DNA of 64,000 nt, from assembly GCA_964560225.1 (NCBI GenBank), contig CAZLLD010000004.1:5593-69592 (forward strand), in the 5' to 3' direction. Below the pieces are notes generated by a model. The model ran no database searches, was not told the origin of the DNA, and was given only the letters and a program-made list of their open reading frames with translations. Made by a program: the position numbers and the translations under genes. This DNA is from an uncultured Bacteroidales bacterium (lineage in GTDB: Bacteria > Bacteroidota > Bacteroidia > Bacteroidales > UBA10428). Positions 50,997-61,100 of this stretch are shown in pieces; within the stretch, counting starts at the first letter, position 1; each line of letters begins with the position of its first letter.

Positions 50997-52361
50997 TTAC
51001 GATACCAGCTTCACCAACTCGTCCGGCGCAACTTTCACCTGTTCTCCACTTGCCATGTTTTTTACGGTAAGCTGTCCTTCCCTGATTTCATTTTCACCAG
51101 CCAATACAACATATTGCACCTTTCTTGCGTCGGCATATGCCATTTGCTTTTTCAGTTTGGCGGCTTCGGGATAGAGCTCCGAAGCAATGCCTGCTGCGCG
51201 GAGTTTATTCAGCAGGGCGAGACAGAACAGGGCTTCTTTTTGGCCAAAATTAACGAACAATACCCTTGCCGCTTCTGTGGTTTCCGAGGGGAACAATTTC
51301 AATTGCTCCATCACATCATAAATGCGGTCGGCGCCAAAAGAAATGCCCACGCCTGAAATATCCTTCAAACCAAAAATACCCGTAAGGTCATCGTACCTGC
51401 CGCCACCACAAATACTTCCGATTTCCACATCGAGTGCTTTCACCTCAATGATGGTACCGGTGTAGTAGTTCAACCCGCGAGCCAGGGAAATGTCAATTTC
51501 AACTTCCGATTGTAAGTCAAGTGTGTTGAGCATCGAGATCAGCGTTTCTGTCTCTTCAATACCCCTGATGCCTGCCTGGCTTATATGAAGCAGTTTCTTC
51601 AGGCCGGCCAGTTTTTCAGAATTGCTGCCTGTGATGGCAAAAACGGGTTCCAGCTTGTAAATGGCATGAACGCTCACACCTTTATTCTGTAATTCCTGGT
51701 TTACGGCTTCAGCGCCTATTTTCTCGAGCTTGTCAATAGCTACCGTAATATCTGTTATTTTTTCAGGTTGACCGATATAATCTGCTATACCTGACAGTAT
51801 TTTCCGGTTGTTAAGCTTGATTTTTACCCTGATGCCCAGGCGGGTGAATACTTCATCAATGATCTGAACCAGGTCGGCTTCATTCAGCAAAGAGTTGCTG
51901 CCGATGACATCGGCATCGCACTGGTAGAATTCGCGGTATCGTCCTTTTTGTGGCCTGTCGGCACGCCATACCGGCTGAATCTGGTAGCGTTTGAACGGAA
52001 ACTCAATCTCGTGCTGGTGTTGCACTACAAAGCGGGCAAAAGGCACGGTGAGGTCGTACCGCAGCCCTTTTTCACAAAATTTCAGTGAGGCAGCATTGGA
52101 TCCAATGGTTTGTAAATCAGAAGCAATGATGTTTTCAAGGAAGTCGCCCGAATTGAGAATTTTGAACAGCAGCTTGTCTCCTTCTTCGCCGTATTTGCCC
52201 AGCAGGGTGTCCAGGTTTTCCATGGCCGGTGTTTCAATCTGGGCATATCCGTGCAGGCGGAAAACATTATTAATGCTGTTGAATATGTAGTTCCGGCGCG
52301 AGGTTTCAACGGGTCCGAAATCGCGTGTGCCTTTGGGTATTGAAGGTTTCTGAATGGCCAT
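50997..52361 (-). CDS. hisS: Histidine--tRNA ligase
   Basis: [15 protein letters not shown] start and class II motifs ([33 protein letters not shown]). The track ORF extends 39 codons upstream from a TTG. Confidence 0.93.
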   Translation of the reverse strand: MAIQKPSIPKGTRDFGPVETSRRNYIFNSINNVFRLHGYAQIETPAMENLDTLLGKYGEEGDKLLFKILNSGDFLENIIASDLQTIGSNAASLKFCEKGLRYDLTVPFARFVVQHQHEIEFPFKRYQIQPVWRADRPQKGRYREFYQCDADVIGSNSLLNEADLVQIIDEVFTRLGIRVKIKLNNRKILSGIADYIGQPEKITDITVAIDKLEKIGAEAVNQELQNKGVSVHAIYKLEPVFAITGSNSEKLAGLKKLLHISQAGIRGIEETETLISMLNTLDLQSEVEIDISLARGLNYYTGTIIEVKALDVEIGSICGGGRYDDLTGIFGLKDISGVGISFGADRIYDVMEQLKLFPSETTEAARVLFVNFGQKEALFCLALLNKLRAAGIASELYPEAAKLKKQMAYADARKVQYVVLAGENEIREGQLTVKNMASGEQVKVAPDELVKLVS

Positions 52362-52497
52362 TAAGATATATTTTTTTTGTATTGCCAAACATGAAGTAGT
52401 TGGCAGACGCAAAGTAAACAACAATTTTTGCAAATGACAAAACAAGAAGAGACAGACTGAAAAGTAGCGTAGTTGCAACCGACCGCAGGGAGCTCAG

Positions 52498-52529
52498 CCC
52501 TGCCTGCCGAAACGGCAGTGTAGGCAGGG
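52498..52529. repeat. CCTGCCTGCC-loop-GGCAGG palindrome copy
   Basis: ccctgcctgccgaaacggcagtgtaggcaggg. Confidence 0.7.
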
Positions 52530-52564
52530 AAGCTAAACTAAACTCAGCGCTTCGGAGGTGGAAC

Positions 52565-52637
52565 GTCATTGCGAGGGAGATACGACCGAAGCAATCTGTT
52601 CATTTGCAATAGATTGCTTCACTTCGTTCGCAATGAC
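52565..52637. repeat. GTCATTGCGA...TCGCAATGAC hairpin element
   Basis: gtcattgcgagggagatacgaccgaagcaatct(gttcatttgcaat)agattgcttcacttcgttcgcaatgac. Confidence 0.75.
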
Positions 52638-52677
52638 GCTCGACCTCCACGGCCTTTTGAGAAAACATGCCAGAGCA

Positions 52678-53148
52678 TTACACCCCGATCTTTTCCAATA
52701 CCCTATTATTAAAAGCACTGCGTGTGGCATCCCCCTCTTTCGGTGCCCAGGGGGCAAAGAACTTGTCGTCGGATGGATCCCAGGGACCGTCTTTTACTTC
52801 GTATATTACTGAACCGCTTTCGAGGCAGATCAGGCTGTGCCATTGGCGGGGGGCCACTTCCATGCCAAAGTTGCCCGTTTTGGGATCCATGATGATCCAG
52901 TCACACACTTCGCCCTGATCGTTATATTCAATGGCAGCAACCCGGCCCTGGAGTATGATGAAGGCTTCGCGCTTATCGGGGTTTTCATGCTTATGGGGCT
53001 GCACATAGGTATCGGGTTCCATCGCATGCAGCATCCGGTGCATCGGGTCGGACGCGGCGGAATGAAAATTGTGATTTTTTCTTTTCCTTTTGCATGATCT
53101 TGCCTGGTCGATCAGCGGGGTGATCAGGTTATCGTTGATGTGAATCAT
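52678..53148 (-). CDS. WbuC-family cupin-fold metalloprotein
   Basis: NFHSAASDPMHRMLHAMEPDTYVQPHKH... and WHSL blocks match the remembered WbuC cupin pattern. Confidence 0.7.
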   Translation of the reverse strand: MIHINDNLITPLIDQARSCKRKRKNHNFHSAASDPMHRMLHAMEPDTYVQPHKHENPDKREAFIILQGRVAAIEYNDQGEVCDWIIMDPKTGNFGMEVAPRQWHSLICLESGSVIYEVKDGPWDPSDDKFFAPWAPKEGDATRSAFNNRVLEKIGV

Positions 53149-53389
53149 GAACCTTTATATTTGACTTTAAAAATAGAGAATTCAATTGAAATCTGCAGAA
53201 ATCAATAAATATTCAGTCGATTCACATGATCAGCAGCAGACAATGGTGCCGGATGGAAGTTGTAACAAGCAAATATACAGCCATATATATAATTATTCTT
53301 TCGTTCCGCTAACAATTGTTAATAAAGGGCTTGTTGCATATATTATGGAAATGCTTAAATTTCGTTTATAAACTTAATAAGAAAAACCT

Positions 53390-55084
53390 ATGAAAAAGTT
53401 ACTATTATTAATCACATGCTTTGTTTTTGTGGGCTCTGTGGCGTTTGGAGGGGGAATAGTACACAACTCAAACCAGAGCGCATACTGGGTTCGCACCTTA
53501 GCTCGGGACGCATCTGTTCGGCCTGACGCAGTTTTCTTTAACCCGGCCGGTTTAACCAAACTGGAGGATGGTTTTCATTTTTCATTGAATTCACAGACTA
53601 TTTTTCAGAATAAGGATGTTAGTAATAATTATCAGTTCTTAAATCCTAGTCCTAAAAAATATTATGGTGATATAAAGGTTCCTGTTTTCCCGAGTTTATA
53701 CGCAACCTGGAAGAAGAATAAGATAGCTGTATCTTTTGGATTCAATCCTGTTGGTGGTGGCGGTGGTGCCACATTTGAAGACGGATTGCCTGCCTTTGAA
53801 ATGAGCGTTGCAGATATGGTTCCTACTGTCAATGCATTTGGCAGCGCTTTGGGTGTTACAGCATCCGATTACCGTTTTGATGTTTATTTTAAGGGTACTT
53901 CTATGTACCTTGGGTATCAACTTGGTGCCAGTTATCAGATCAATGATGTAATTTCTGTTTATGGTGGTTTGAGATATGTCACTGTAAAAAATACTTATGA
54001 AGGTTATTTGAGGGATGTTGAGGCAAATATTGATGGTACATGGACAAATGTAACAACAGCGTTTAATTCTTTTGCCAGTCAGTATTCCGCTTTGGCTGCT
54101 CAGGCTACCGCCGGAGCGACCGGAGCAACCAATATTTCAGGTACAATGGGCACACTGATAACTGCAGGATTACCCGCCGGAACCACTTTGGCTCAGGCAG
54201 AAGCAGGCGGGTATATAACCACCGATCAGAGAACTCAAATTGAAGGAGGCCTTACTGCTTTGGGTATCAATACCACACAGGGAATTGGTGATATCCAGAC
54301 TGCCTGCAATACAACTGCAACAACACTTACAGGACAGGCAGCACAGGCTTCAGGTGCCTCAGCACTTGCGACATCAACTGCAAATACAACAAGTGATGCT
54401 TTCGACCAAGAGGCTGATGTCATACAAAAGGGTCATGGATTTACACCAATTATTGGGGTTAATCTTGCTTTTGCTGACAAACTTAATATTGGTATGAAGT
54501 ATGAATTTAAGACCACTATTGATGTTGAAAATGAAACAAAAAGTGATTTCATTGGCGCAAATGGTTCCATGTTTCCGGATGGTGAGAAAGTTAGTAACGA
54601 TTTACCTGCCATGTTTTCTTTAGGCATTGATTACAAGGTGACTCCAAAATTCACGGCATCAACGGGACTCCATTATTACTGGGATAAAGGAGTTAGTTAT
54701 GGTAAAACCAATGATGCCGGTGAAGAAATTGACAACTCTGATATTATTGACAATAACTATTTTGAATGGGGACTTGGTCTTGAATATGGAATTTCTGATA
54801 AATTGTTTATTAGTCTTGGATATCTTTTAGCCAAGACAGGTGTAAGCGAAGAATATCAGAGCGATTTGAGTTATAGCCTTACTTCAAATACTGGTGGCGG
54901 TGGACTTGGTTATAAATTTAACGAAAAGATAATGGTGAATTTGGGAGTTGCTTATACTGCTTATATTGATGGAACAAAAGATTACTCTCATACTTTGCAA
55001 GCAACGGGTGCAGCCATTCCTGTTACTGACACCTATTATAAAAGTAACTTGATTTTTGGAATAGGATTGGATCTCAGTTTCTAA
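53390..55084 (+). CDS. FadL/OMPP1/TodX-like outer-membrane transport protein with a large Ala/Thr/Gly-rich insertion
   Basis: Signal peptide, N-terminal NSNQSAYWVRTLARDAS..DAVFFNPAGL hatch-like segment, alternating beta strands, C-terminal ...GIGLDLSF. Confidence 0.65.
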   Translation: MKKLLLLITCFVFVGSVAFGGGIVHNSNQSAYWVRTLARDASVRPDAVFFNPAGLTKLEDGFHFSLNSQTIFQNKDVSNNYQFLNPSPKKYYGDIKVPVFPSLYATWKKNKIAVSFGFNPVGGGGGATFEDGLPAFEMSVADMVPTVNAFGSALGVTASDYRFDVYFKGTSMYLGYQLGASYQINDVISVYGGLRYVTVKNTYEGYLRDVEANIDGTWTNVTTAFNSFASQYSALAAQATAGATGATNISGTMGTLITAGLPAGTTLAQAEAGGYITTDQRTQIEGGLTALGINTTQGIGDIQTACNTTATTLTGQAAQASGASALATSTANTTSDAFDQEADVIQKGHGFTPIIGVNLAFADKLNIGMKYEFKTTIDVENETKSDFIGANGSMFPDGEKVSNDLPAMFSLGIDYKVTPKFTASTGLHYYWDKGVSYGKTNDAGEEIDNSDIIDNNYFEWGLGLEYGISDKLFISLGYLLAKTGVSEEYQSDLSYSLTSNTGGGGLGYKFNEKIMVNLGVAYTAYIDGTKDYSHTLQATGAAIPVTDTYYKSNLIFGIGLDLSF

Positions 55085-55103
55085 ACTGATTCTTTACCAA
55101 AAC

Positions 55104-55139
55104 AAAAAAGGTGCAGCCTGCATGGCTGCACCTTTTTTT
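55104..55139. terminator. Bidirectional rho-independent terminator
   Basis: aaaaaa-ggtgcagcc(tgcat)ggctgcacc-ttttttt. Confidence 0.8.
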
Positions 55140-55295
55140 GTTATTGCCTGATACATAAAAAAACAGGCCCCCAGTTATGTAAACAACTGAAAACCTGATT
55201 TGAAAACATCGCTGCGGATGGTGTTGGTTATCCGGCAGCAGCAAGACAGCGCGCTGGTAAGCAGTTAGTGAGCTGATATCAGCAACAAAGTGGTT

Positions 55296-55583
55296 TTACG
55301 ATCTTGGTCTGAAACTTCTTCTTTCTCCGCCCGAGTTGTTCTCTTTCTCTCTTGCCTGATTAACGTTCACAGCCCTGCCTTTAATTTCGGCACCGTTAAG
55401 GCCGTCAATTGCATTTTTAGCTTCATTGTCATTCAGCATTTCAACAAAACCAAAACCTTTGCTCCTTCCGGAATACTTGTCGGAAATAATTTTAACCGAA
55501 GCCACTTCGCCGTATTCCTCGAAAGCTTTTCTTAATTCGTCTTCACTAACATTGAAATGAAGATTACCTACATAGATGTTCAT
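55296..55583 (-). CDS. RRM-type RNA-binding protein
   Basis: RNP2 IYVGNL, RNP1 KGFGFVEM, and a Gly/Arg-rich tail. Confidence 0.9.
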   Translation of the reverse strand: MNIYVGNLHFNVSEDELRKAFEEYGEVASVKIISDKYSGRSKGFGFVEMLNDNEAKNAIDGLNGAEIKGRAVNVNQAREKENNSGGERRSFRPRS

Positions 55584-55721
55584 AAAATAAAAAATAAAAG
55601 AATGAATAGAATATCAATACAAAAATAAACGAATAATTGATTTGTCGAAATATTTTGAAATTTATTTCTGAATTCATTCTGAAAAGTCGATGCGGTAGTT
55701 TGATATTTTGAAGCAAATAGC

Positions 55722-55757
55722 GTCATTGCGAACGAAGTGAAGCCTGCCTGCCGGCAG
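55722..55757. repeat. Truncated REP-like element (GTCATTGCGAACGAAGTGAAG-CCTGCCTGCCGGCAG)
   Basis: Read directly. The right half is replaced by the 8-bp array. Confidence 0.7.
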
Positions 55758-55761
55758 ATTT

Positions 55762-55887
55762 GACAATTCGGCAATTAGACAATTCGGCAATTGGCAAATT
55801 GGCAAATCGGCACATTGGCACATTGGCAAATCGGCAAATCGGCAATTCGGCAATTCGGCAATTCGGCAATTGGCACATTGGCACATT
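55762..55887. repeat. 7-8-bp-period degenerate tandem array, about 16 units (GGCAATTC / GGCAAATC / GGCACATT)
   Basis: gacaattcggcaattagacaattcggcaattggcaaattggcaaatcggcacattggcacattggcaaatcggcaaatcggcaattcggcaattcggcaattcggcaattggcacattggcacatt. It ends at the stop codon of the upstream Omp85-like gene. Confidence 0.85.
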
Positions 55888-57232
55888 AGTATAGAAAATT
55901 CAACCCGATATACAGCCCGCTGATGCCGTCTTCGGGGTCCAGCGCACGTCCATAGTCAACGGCAATGATGAAGTTCTGGTTCATGACGATGTGCAAACCA
56001 CCACCGGCGCCGAGGTGCAGCTTTTCGTCACTTCCCTGGTTCAGGTATTGAATAGCTTCCGCATCAGCAGGAGTATTATAATCAAATTTATCAGTAACCA
56101 TTCCTCCATCGAGAAATCCACTCAAGGCCAAATAAAGGTTCTGGTTGAATACGATAGTGCGCAGGAATTTCCATCTCAATTCCAGGTTTCCGTATACAAA
56201 GCCGTCACCCACGATCCGGTTGCGCATGATCCCGCGTATGGTTTTTGCTCCGCCCAGTCCGTCGCGCGTATAATTGGGAGCTGTATTATAAACAAAGGGG
56301 AGCATGTAATAGGGCATGTCACCGCTGAGTTTGGTCTGGTAACTCAACCGGTAGGCGAATGACAGCACCTCGGGTGCCAGTGTGAAGTATTGTCTGTGTG
56401 TAAAGGCCATGCGGGTGTATGCAAAATCTCCGTTGCCCAGGAATCCGGGAGCAAACAGAAGCTGCAGTTCCGTCCACATACCTTTCATGGGATTCGGCTC
56501 AATATCACGGGTATCATAAACCAGTCCGGCTTTCAGTAATGTGGCATTACCTCCGTCTTTTTCATCTTCGGATATCATTCCCCATTCAACATATTTGTCG
56601 TAGAGCAACGCCGTATCGGGCAGCTGATCTTCCAAATCTTTTCCCTTATTCAATTTATCAATATCCACCGTTCCCATGTTGGCCTTGTTAAACTCTAAAC
56701 CTGCAAGCCAGCGGAACTGTCTGCCGCTGATTTTTCCCTGGAAATCGGCTTTTATCCTGAGAAGTCTCCGATCCATGTTGTAGAATACACGTGACAGGTA
56801 ATCCTCGCTGTCTTCGTCTTCAAGGTCGGAATTATAGGCCGACTCGTAACCATTAAACCCGTAAAAGTCAAGGGCCTGTTCCGTGAGGTAACTGGCTTCG
56901 GCTGAAACCCTGATACCCGGGATAAGATATTCAGAATCATAAGTAAACTGGCTCAAACCGCTTCCCTTGGTGGTGTGATTCCATTCGAAATAGAGCGAGT
57001 GCAGGTATTTGGGGTATTGTTTCCCGTCGCCATAGTAAAAAAGGTTGACCAGGGCACCGTATTTGAAGCCGATGTCGGTATCATAGGCAATGGCAGGAAG
57101 GGCACCGAAATTCCACCCTGTTTTGATCTTATCTTTCTTAACGGATGAACCGGATGAATCGGCCTGGCAGTATATCGCCGGGGCTGATGCGATCATGATC
57201 AGCAAGAGTGTTAGCAGAGTTCTTTTTTTCAT
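55886..57232 (-). CDS. Omp85/BamA-superfamily (bacterial surface antigen) outer-membrane beta-barrel protein
   Basis: Signal peptide, alternating beta strands, C-terminal GLYIGLNFLY (aromatic terminus). No POTRA-rich N-terminus was seen. Confidence 0.6.
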   Translation of the reverse strand: MKKRTLLTLLLIMIASAPAIYCQADSSGSSVKKDKIKTGWNFGALPAIAYDTDIGFKYGALVNLFYYGDGKQYPKYLHSLYFEWNHTTKGSGLSQFTYDSEYLIPGIRVSAEASYLTEQALDFYGFNGYESAYNSDLEDEDSEDYLSRVFYNMDRRLLRIKADFQGKISGRQFRWLAGLEFNKANMGTVDIDKLNKGKDLEDQLPDTALLYDKYVEWGMISEDEKDGGNATLLKAGLVYDTRDIEPNPMKGMWTELQLLFAPGFLGNGDFAYTRMAFTHRQYFTLAPEVLSFAYRLSYQTKLSGDMPYYMLPFVYNTAPNYTRDGLGGAKTIRGIMRNRIVGDGFVYGNLELRWKFLRTIVFNQNLYLALSGFLDGGMVTDKFDYNTPADAEAIQYLNQGSDEKLHLGAGGGLHIVMNQNFIIAVDYGRALDPEDGISGLYIGLNFLY

Positions 57233-57411
57233 AATAGGTATCCGTTGTTACTTTGTGAATTGGAACTAAGGTAATACTTTTCATTATGCCTGCGATGGAG
57301 CGGGTGGAAAATGTTGCTTGTTTTTGCATTTGCCATCAGGATTCAATTGAGCAAGAGAGCTTACATTGAAAATAAATTAACGGATTTTTAACATTTTTTC
57401 ACATTTTTTCC

Positions 57412-57419
57412 TACATTTG
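57412..57419 (+). promoter_or_regulatory. Candidate Bacteroidota -7 box (TAnnTTTG)
   Basis: TACATTTG lies 42 nt upstream of the ATG at 57461. It is preceded by the direct repeat acattttttc x2. Confidence 0.35.
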
Positions 57420-57460
57420 ATAATCGTTATACGTTAGAACTTAACCAACTTTATATAATT

Positions 57461-57904
57461 ATGGTAATATTTGAGGACCAATCAGTTAGATTAGAATTTA
57501 TGGAAAACGTCCCCTGCATCGTTTGGCAACCGCTGAAGTACATTTCGGGCGAGGGCTGGAGAAAACCTTTTCAGGTAGGGATGGATTTCATGGAAGAAAA
57601 GATCAAGTCGATCCCCAACCTGGGATGGATTAATGATGCTCGTCTTTTAAAGGTAGTTAAGCCGGATGATTTGTTATGGCTTAACAAAAATGTGAATGAC
57701 CGGGCTTACAATTTTGGAGCCAAGAAAGTGGCATTTGTTTTACCGGAAAGCACCTTCGGCAAGCTGGCTGTGAAAACTTACGCGGATTTTACCAACCGGA
57801 GAACCGACAATAAGTTTCAGATAAAAGCGTTTATATCTATTGACGAAGCAAAAAAGTGGATTGGCTCTGAAGTGAGCGTTGATTCCAATGAAGTGAATCT
57901 TTGA
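57461..57904 (+). CDS. Hypothetical protein (147 aa)
   Basis: Clean ORF with a candidate promoter. No family was confidently recognised (possibly a SpoIIAA/STAS-like fold). Confidence 0.5.
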   Translation: MVIFEDQSVRLEFMENVPCIVWQPLKYISGEGWRKPFQVGMDFMEEKIKSIPNLGWINDARLLKVVKPDDLLWLNKNVNDRAYNFGAKKVAFVLPESTFGKLAVKTYADFTNRRTDNKFQIKAFISIDEAKKWIGSEVSVDSNEVNL

Positions 57905-58080
57905 TATCTTCATTTTCCTACCTGAAATACCCTACACACCCTGACGCTGAACCGTAGGTTCAACCAGGTCAAGGTACACCAAGCCCAAACAAATATCCCT
58001 TAGCTAATCAGATCCCAACCCTGGTCTGGTATGCAAAAGCCGTGTTCAGGACAAACAAATTGTTCTGAAGGATGTTATTT

Positions 58081-58125
58081 GTATTGTATTGTATTGTATT
58101 GTGTTGTATTGTGTTGTGTTGTGTT
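58081..58125. repeat. Pentanucleotide tract (GTATT)4 GTGTT GTATT (GTGTT)3, with degenerate extension 58074..58155
   Basis: gtattgtattgtattgtattgtgttgtattgtgttgtgttgtgtt. It ends 55 bp upstream of the megasynthase ATG. Confidence 0.85.
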
Positions 58126-58179
58126 GATTTGAAGTTGTGTTGATGTGTATTGGATTAGGTTAAATTAATTTATAGTAAA

Positions 58180-61100
58180 ATGAAAAATGTTAAGTTGAAT
58201 CCGCTGGAAAGAAATGGCGACATAGCGGTAGTCGGATTGGGGTGTTATTATCCCGGCGCTAAATCACCGTTGGAATTGTGGGAAAATATTCTGGCACGAC
58301 GCCAGCAGTTCAGAAAAATGCCGGATGTGAGGCTTCCCAACAGTGAGTATTTTAATCCGGATCCTGTGGTTCCGAACAAAACTTATCAGAACAAGGCGGC
58401 AGTGATTGAAGGCTATGAGTTCGACTGGATGGGGAAACGCATTCCCAGGCAGACCTATGAAAGTACCGATATCGTTCATTGGCTGGCGCTTGATACGGCA
58501 CTGCAGGCAATTGCAGATACCGGTTTCGACAAGGACAGCATACCTAAAGAAAAAACAGGAGTTATTTTGGGCAATACACTCACCGGGGAGTTTACGCGAT
58601 CGAACCAGATGTTGCTGCGCTGGCCATATGTCAGAAAGGCATTAAAAGCCTCTGCTGCACAAAAGGGGCTCACACATGTTCTCGGTGAACTGGAAGGTGC
58701 CATGGAATCTTATTATAAATCGGTATTTGCACCGGTTACCGAGGATACCCTGGCAGGCGGTTTGGCGAATACCGTCGCCGGAAGAATTTGCAATTACCTT
58801 GATTTGCATGGAGGAGGATATATCGTTGACGGAGCTTGTTCTTCATCGTTACTGGCAGTTGTAACGGCCGCCAATTACCTGGAATCGGGACAAATGGATA
58901 TGGTTATTGCCGGAGGCGTGGATATCAGTCTGGATACTTTCGAACTCGTCGGATTCGCCAAGACCCGCGCGCTTACTCCTGATGAAATGCGGGTTTATGA
59001 CAAGGGAGGTAAGGGGTTCTTGCCCGGTGAGGGTTGTGGAATGGTTATTCTGAAAAGACTTGAAGATGCCATCAAAGACAATGATCAGATATATGCCGTG
59101 GTGAAAGGGTGGGGAATTTCTTCCGACGGTAAGGGGGGTATTACAGCGCCCAGTGCGGCAGGACAGTCGAGGGCGCTGATTCGTGCCCATGAAAAGGCCG
59201 GCCTCAATCCTGAAAATCTTGATTTCATCGAAGGCCATGGAACCGGAACTACTGTTGGGGATAAGGTGGAACTGGAGGGAATCTCCATTGCCCTTAATCA
59301 TAAAGAAAAATTGCCACCCCGGAGTTGTGGTGTTACCTCATTCAAATCAATTGTGGGTCATACCAAGGCTGCTGCCGGTATCGGGGCATTCATCAAAACA
59401 GTAATGGCTTTGAACCGCAGGGTGCTGCCGCCTACGGCAGGCCTGAAAGACCTTAATGACATTTTTGAAGAAAAGGCTCAAACGGTTTACCCAATTATTC
59501 ACGGGCAGGTGCGGGATTCCGGAAGCACATTGATAGCTGGAGTTTCTGCAATGGGCTTTGGTGGCATTAACAGTCATGTGGTCGTGCAATCCGGAACCAG
59601 TCCAAATCCCAAATTGAATCCGGGCTTGCCTGAAAGCAAGCTCATGGTGTCCAATCAAACTCATGAATTGTATTTGTTCTCTGCGGGCAGCCGCAATGAA
59701 TTGATTGAGGGTTTGAAGCAGTTTCAACAGAAAGCCTCAGGCATGAGTTACGCCGAAATGGCCGACCTTGCGTTCCATAACAATCTGCAAACCAACAGCG
59801 ATAAACAATTCAGGGCTGCAATGGTAGCTCATACTCCTTTTGAACTCGACAGGAAGATAGAAACGCTTATGGAGCAGGTTGGGAAGTGGAATGAAACAGA
59901 CCCGATTTCTCTTGAAAACAATTCCATTTCATTGGGCCGAAAAAAGAAAAATCCTGTAATCGGTGCCTTATTCCCGGGTCAGGGTTCACAAAAACTGAAC
60001 ATGACTTACAAACTTGTTGAACGTCATAACTGGATACGGGAAACGGTAAACAAGGCCTCAGAACTTTTTAATTCCTGCGGATCTGACCAGGTACTATCTT
60101 CTGTTTTTAAGACCACGGACAGGGCTGCCGACAAACAGGAGGTTGCTTCCTGGATGAACCGGCTCAAGCAGACCCAAATTGCACAACCTGCAATTACCCT
60201 TGCCTCACTGGTTTGGTACAAATTTATTGAACAGCTTGGTATTCCAATTAATTATGTCTCAGGTCATAGTTTGGGCGAACTGATGGCCTTTTATGCAGCC
60301 GGATTGTTGAGTGAAGAAACCCTGCTTCGTTTTGCTGCTTTTCGCGGTAAATCGATGGCTGAATTCGGCTCGGGGACCATGGCCAGTTTGGCATGCAATA
60401 AGGACCGGGTTGAGAAATACCTAAAGGAAGTTGATGGCTATGTTACCATTGCCAATATCAATGCACCGGAACAAATTGTCATCAGCGGCGATGCCGATAG
60501 TGTGCGAATGGTGATCGCCCTCGCAGCAAAAGATCAGGTGAATGCCATAGAACTCCCGGTTTCCGCAGCATTTCATTCGAAATTGGTGGCTGAGGTAGCC
60601 GAAGAAATAATTAAATATGACCAATTGAAGGTTGCAGGTCCGGGAAAGAATTCTATAAAGCTGATCAGCAGTGTCAGCGGTAAAGAGATTGATGAAGCCG
60701 TGGATTTAAATGCCTATTTTTCAACTCAGGCCGTTCATCAGGTTGATTTTATCAGTGTGGTCAAGCATCTCGAGGAGCAATGCGATTTGCTGATTGAAAT
60801 TGGACCCGGCAAGGTGTTGAGTGGTTTGGTTTCCAATATATCAGATAAAATCAAGGCATTCCCGGTTGAATTGAATTCCGCTGACGACTTTTCGTGGAAT
60901 ATTATGCTTGCCAACACCTTTGTGCTGGGGTGCGAAATCAGCATTCATGAAATATACAAAAACAGACTGATCAGAGATTTTACTCCGGCTCACGAAAAGA
61001 AATTTTTGGTGAACCCGTTGGAGCGTCCTTTCCCCGATGAACCTGCAATGACCGAAAATGATCTTACCTCCGGAATCGGAGCACTTCTGGGTTTTGGCAA

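Noticed and set aside
50997-52478. N-terminal extensions in the track ORFs: hisS from TTG 52478; also 9473, 10629, 20296, 21788, 24313, 26073, 31535, 48071 and 48201.
   Set aside because: The extensions overlap upstream genes or repeats, or precede a canonical family N-terminus or signal peptide. An internal ATG was chosen instead. The exact start sites remain uncertain.
55762-55887. Possible CRISPR array, also considered for 10408..10460, 29914..29950 and 58081..58125.
   Set aside because: The units are only 5-8 bp and directly abutting. There are no spacers of about 30 bp, no repeats of 24-48 bp, and no cas genes.
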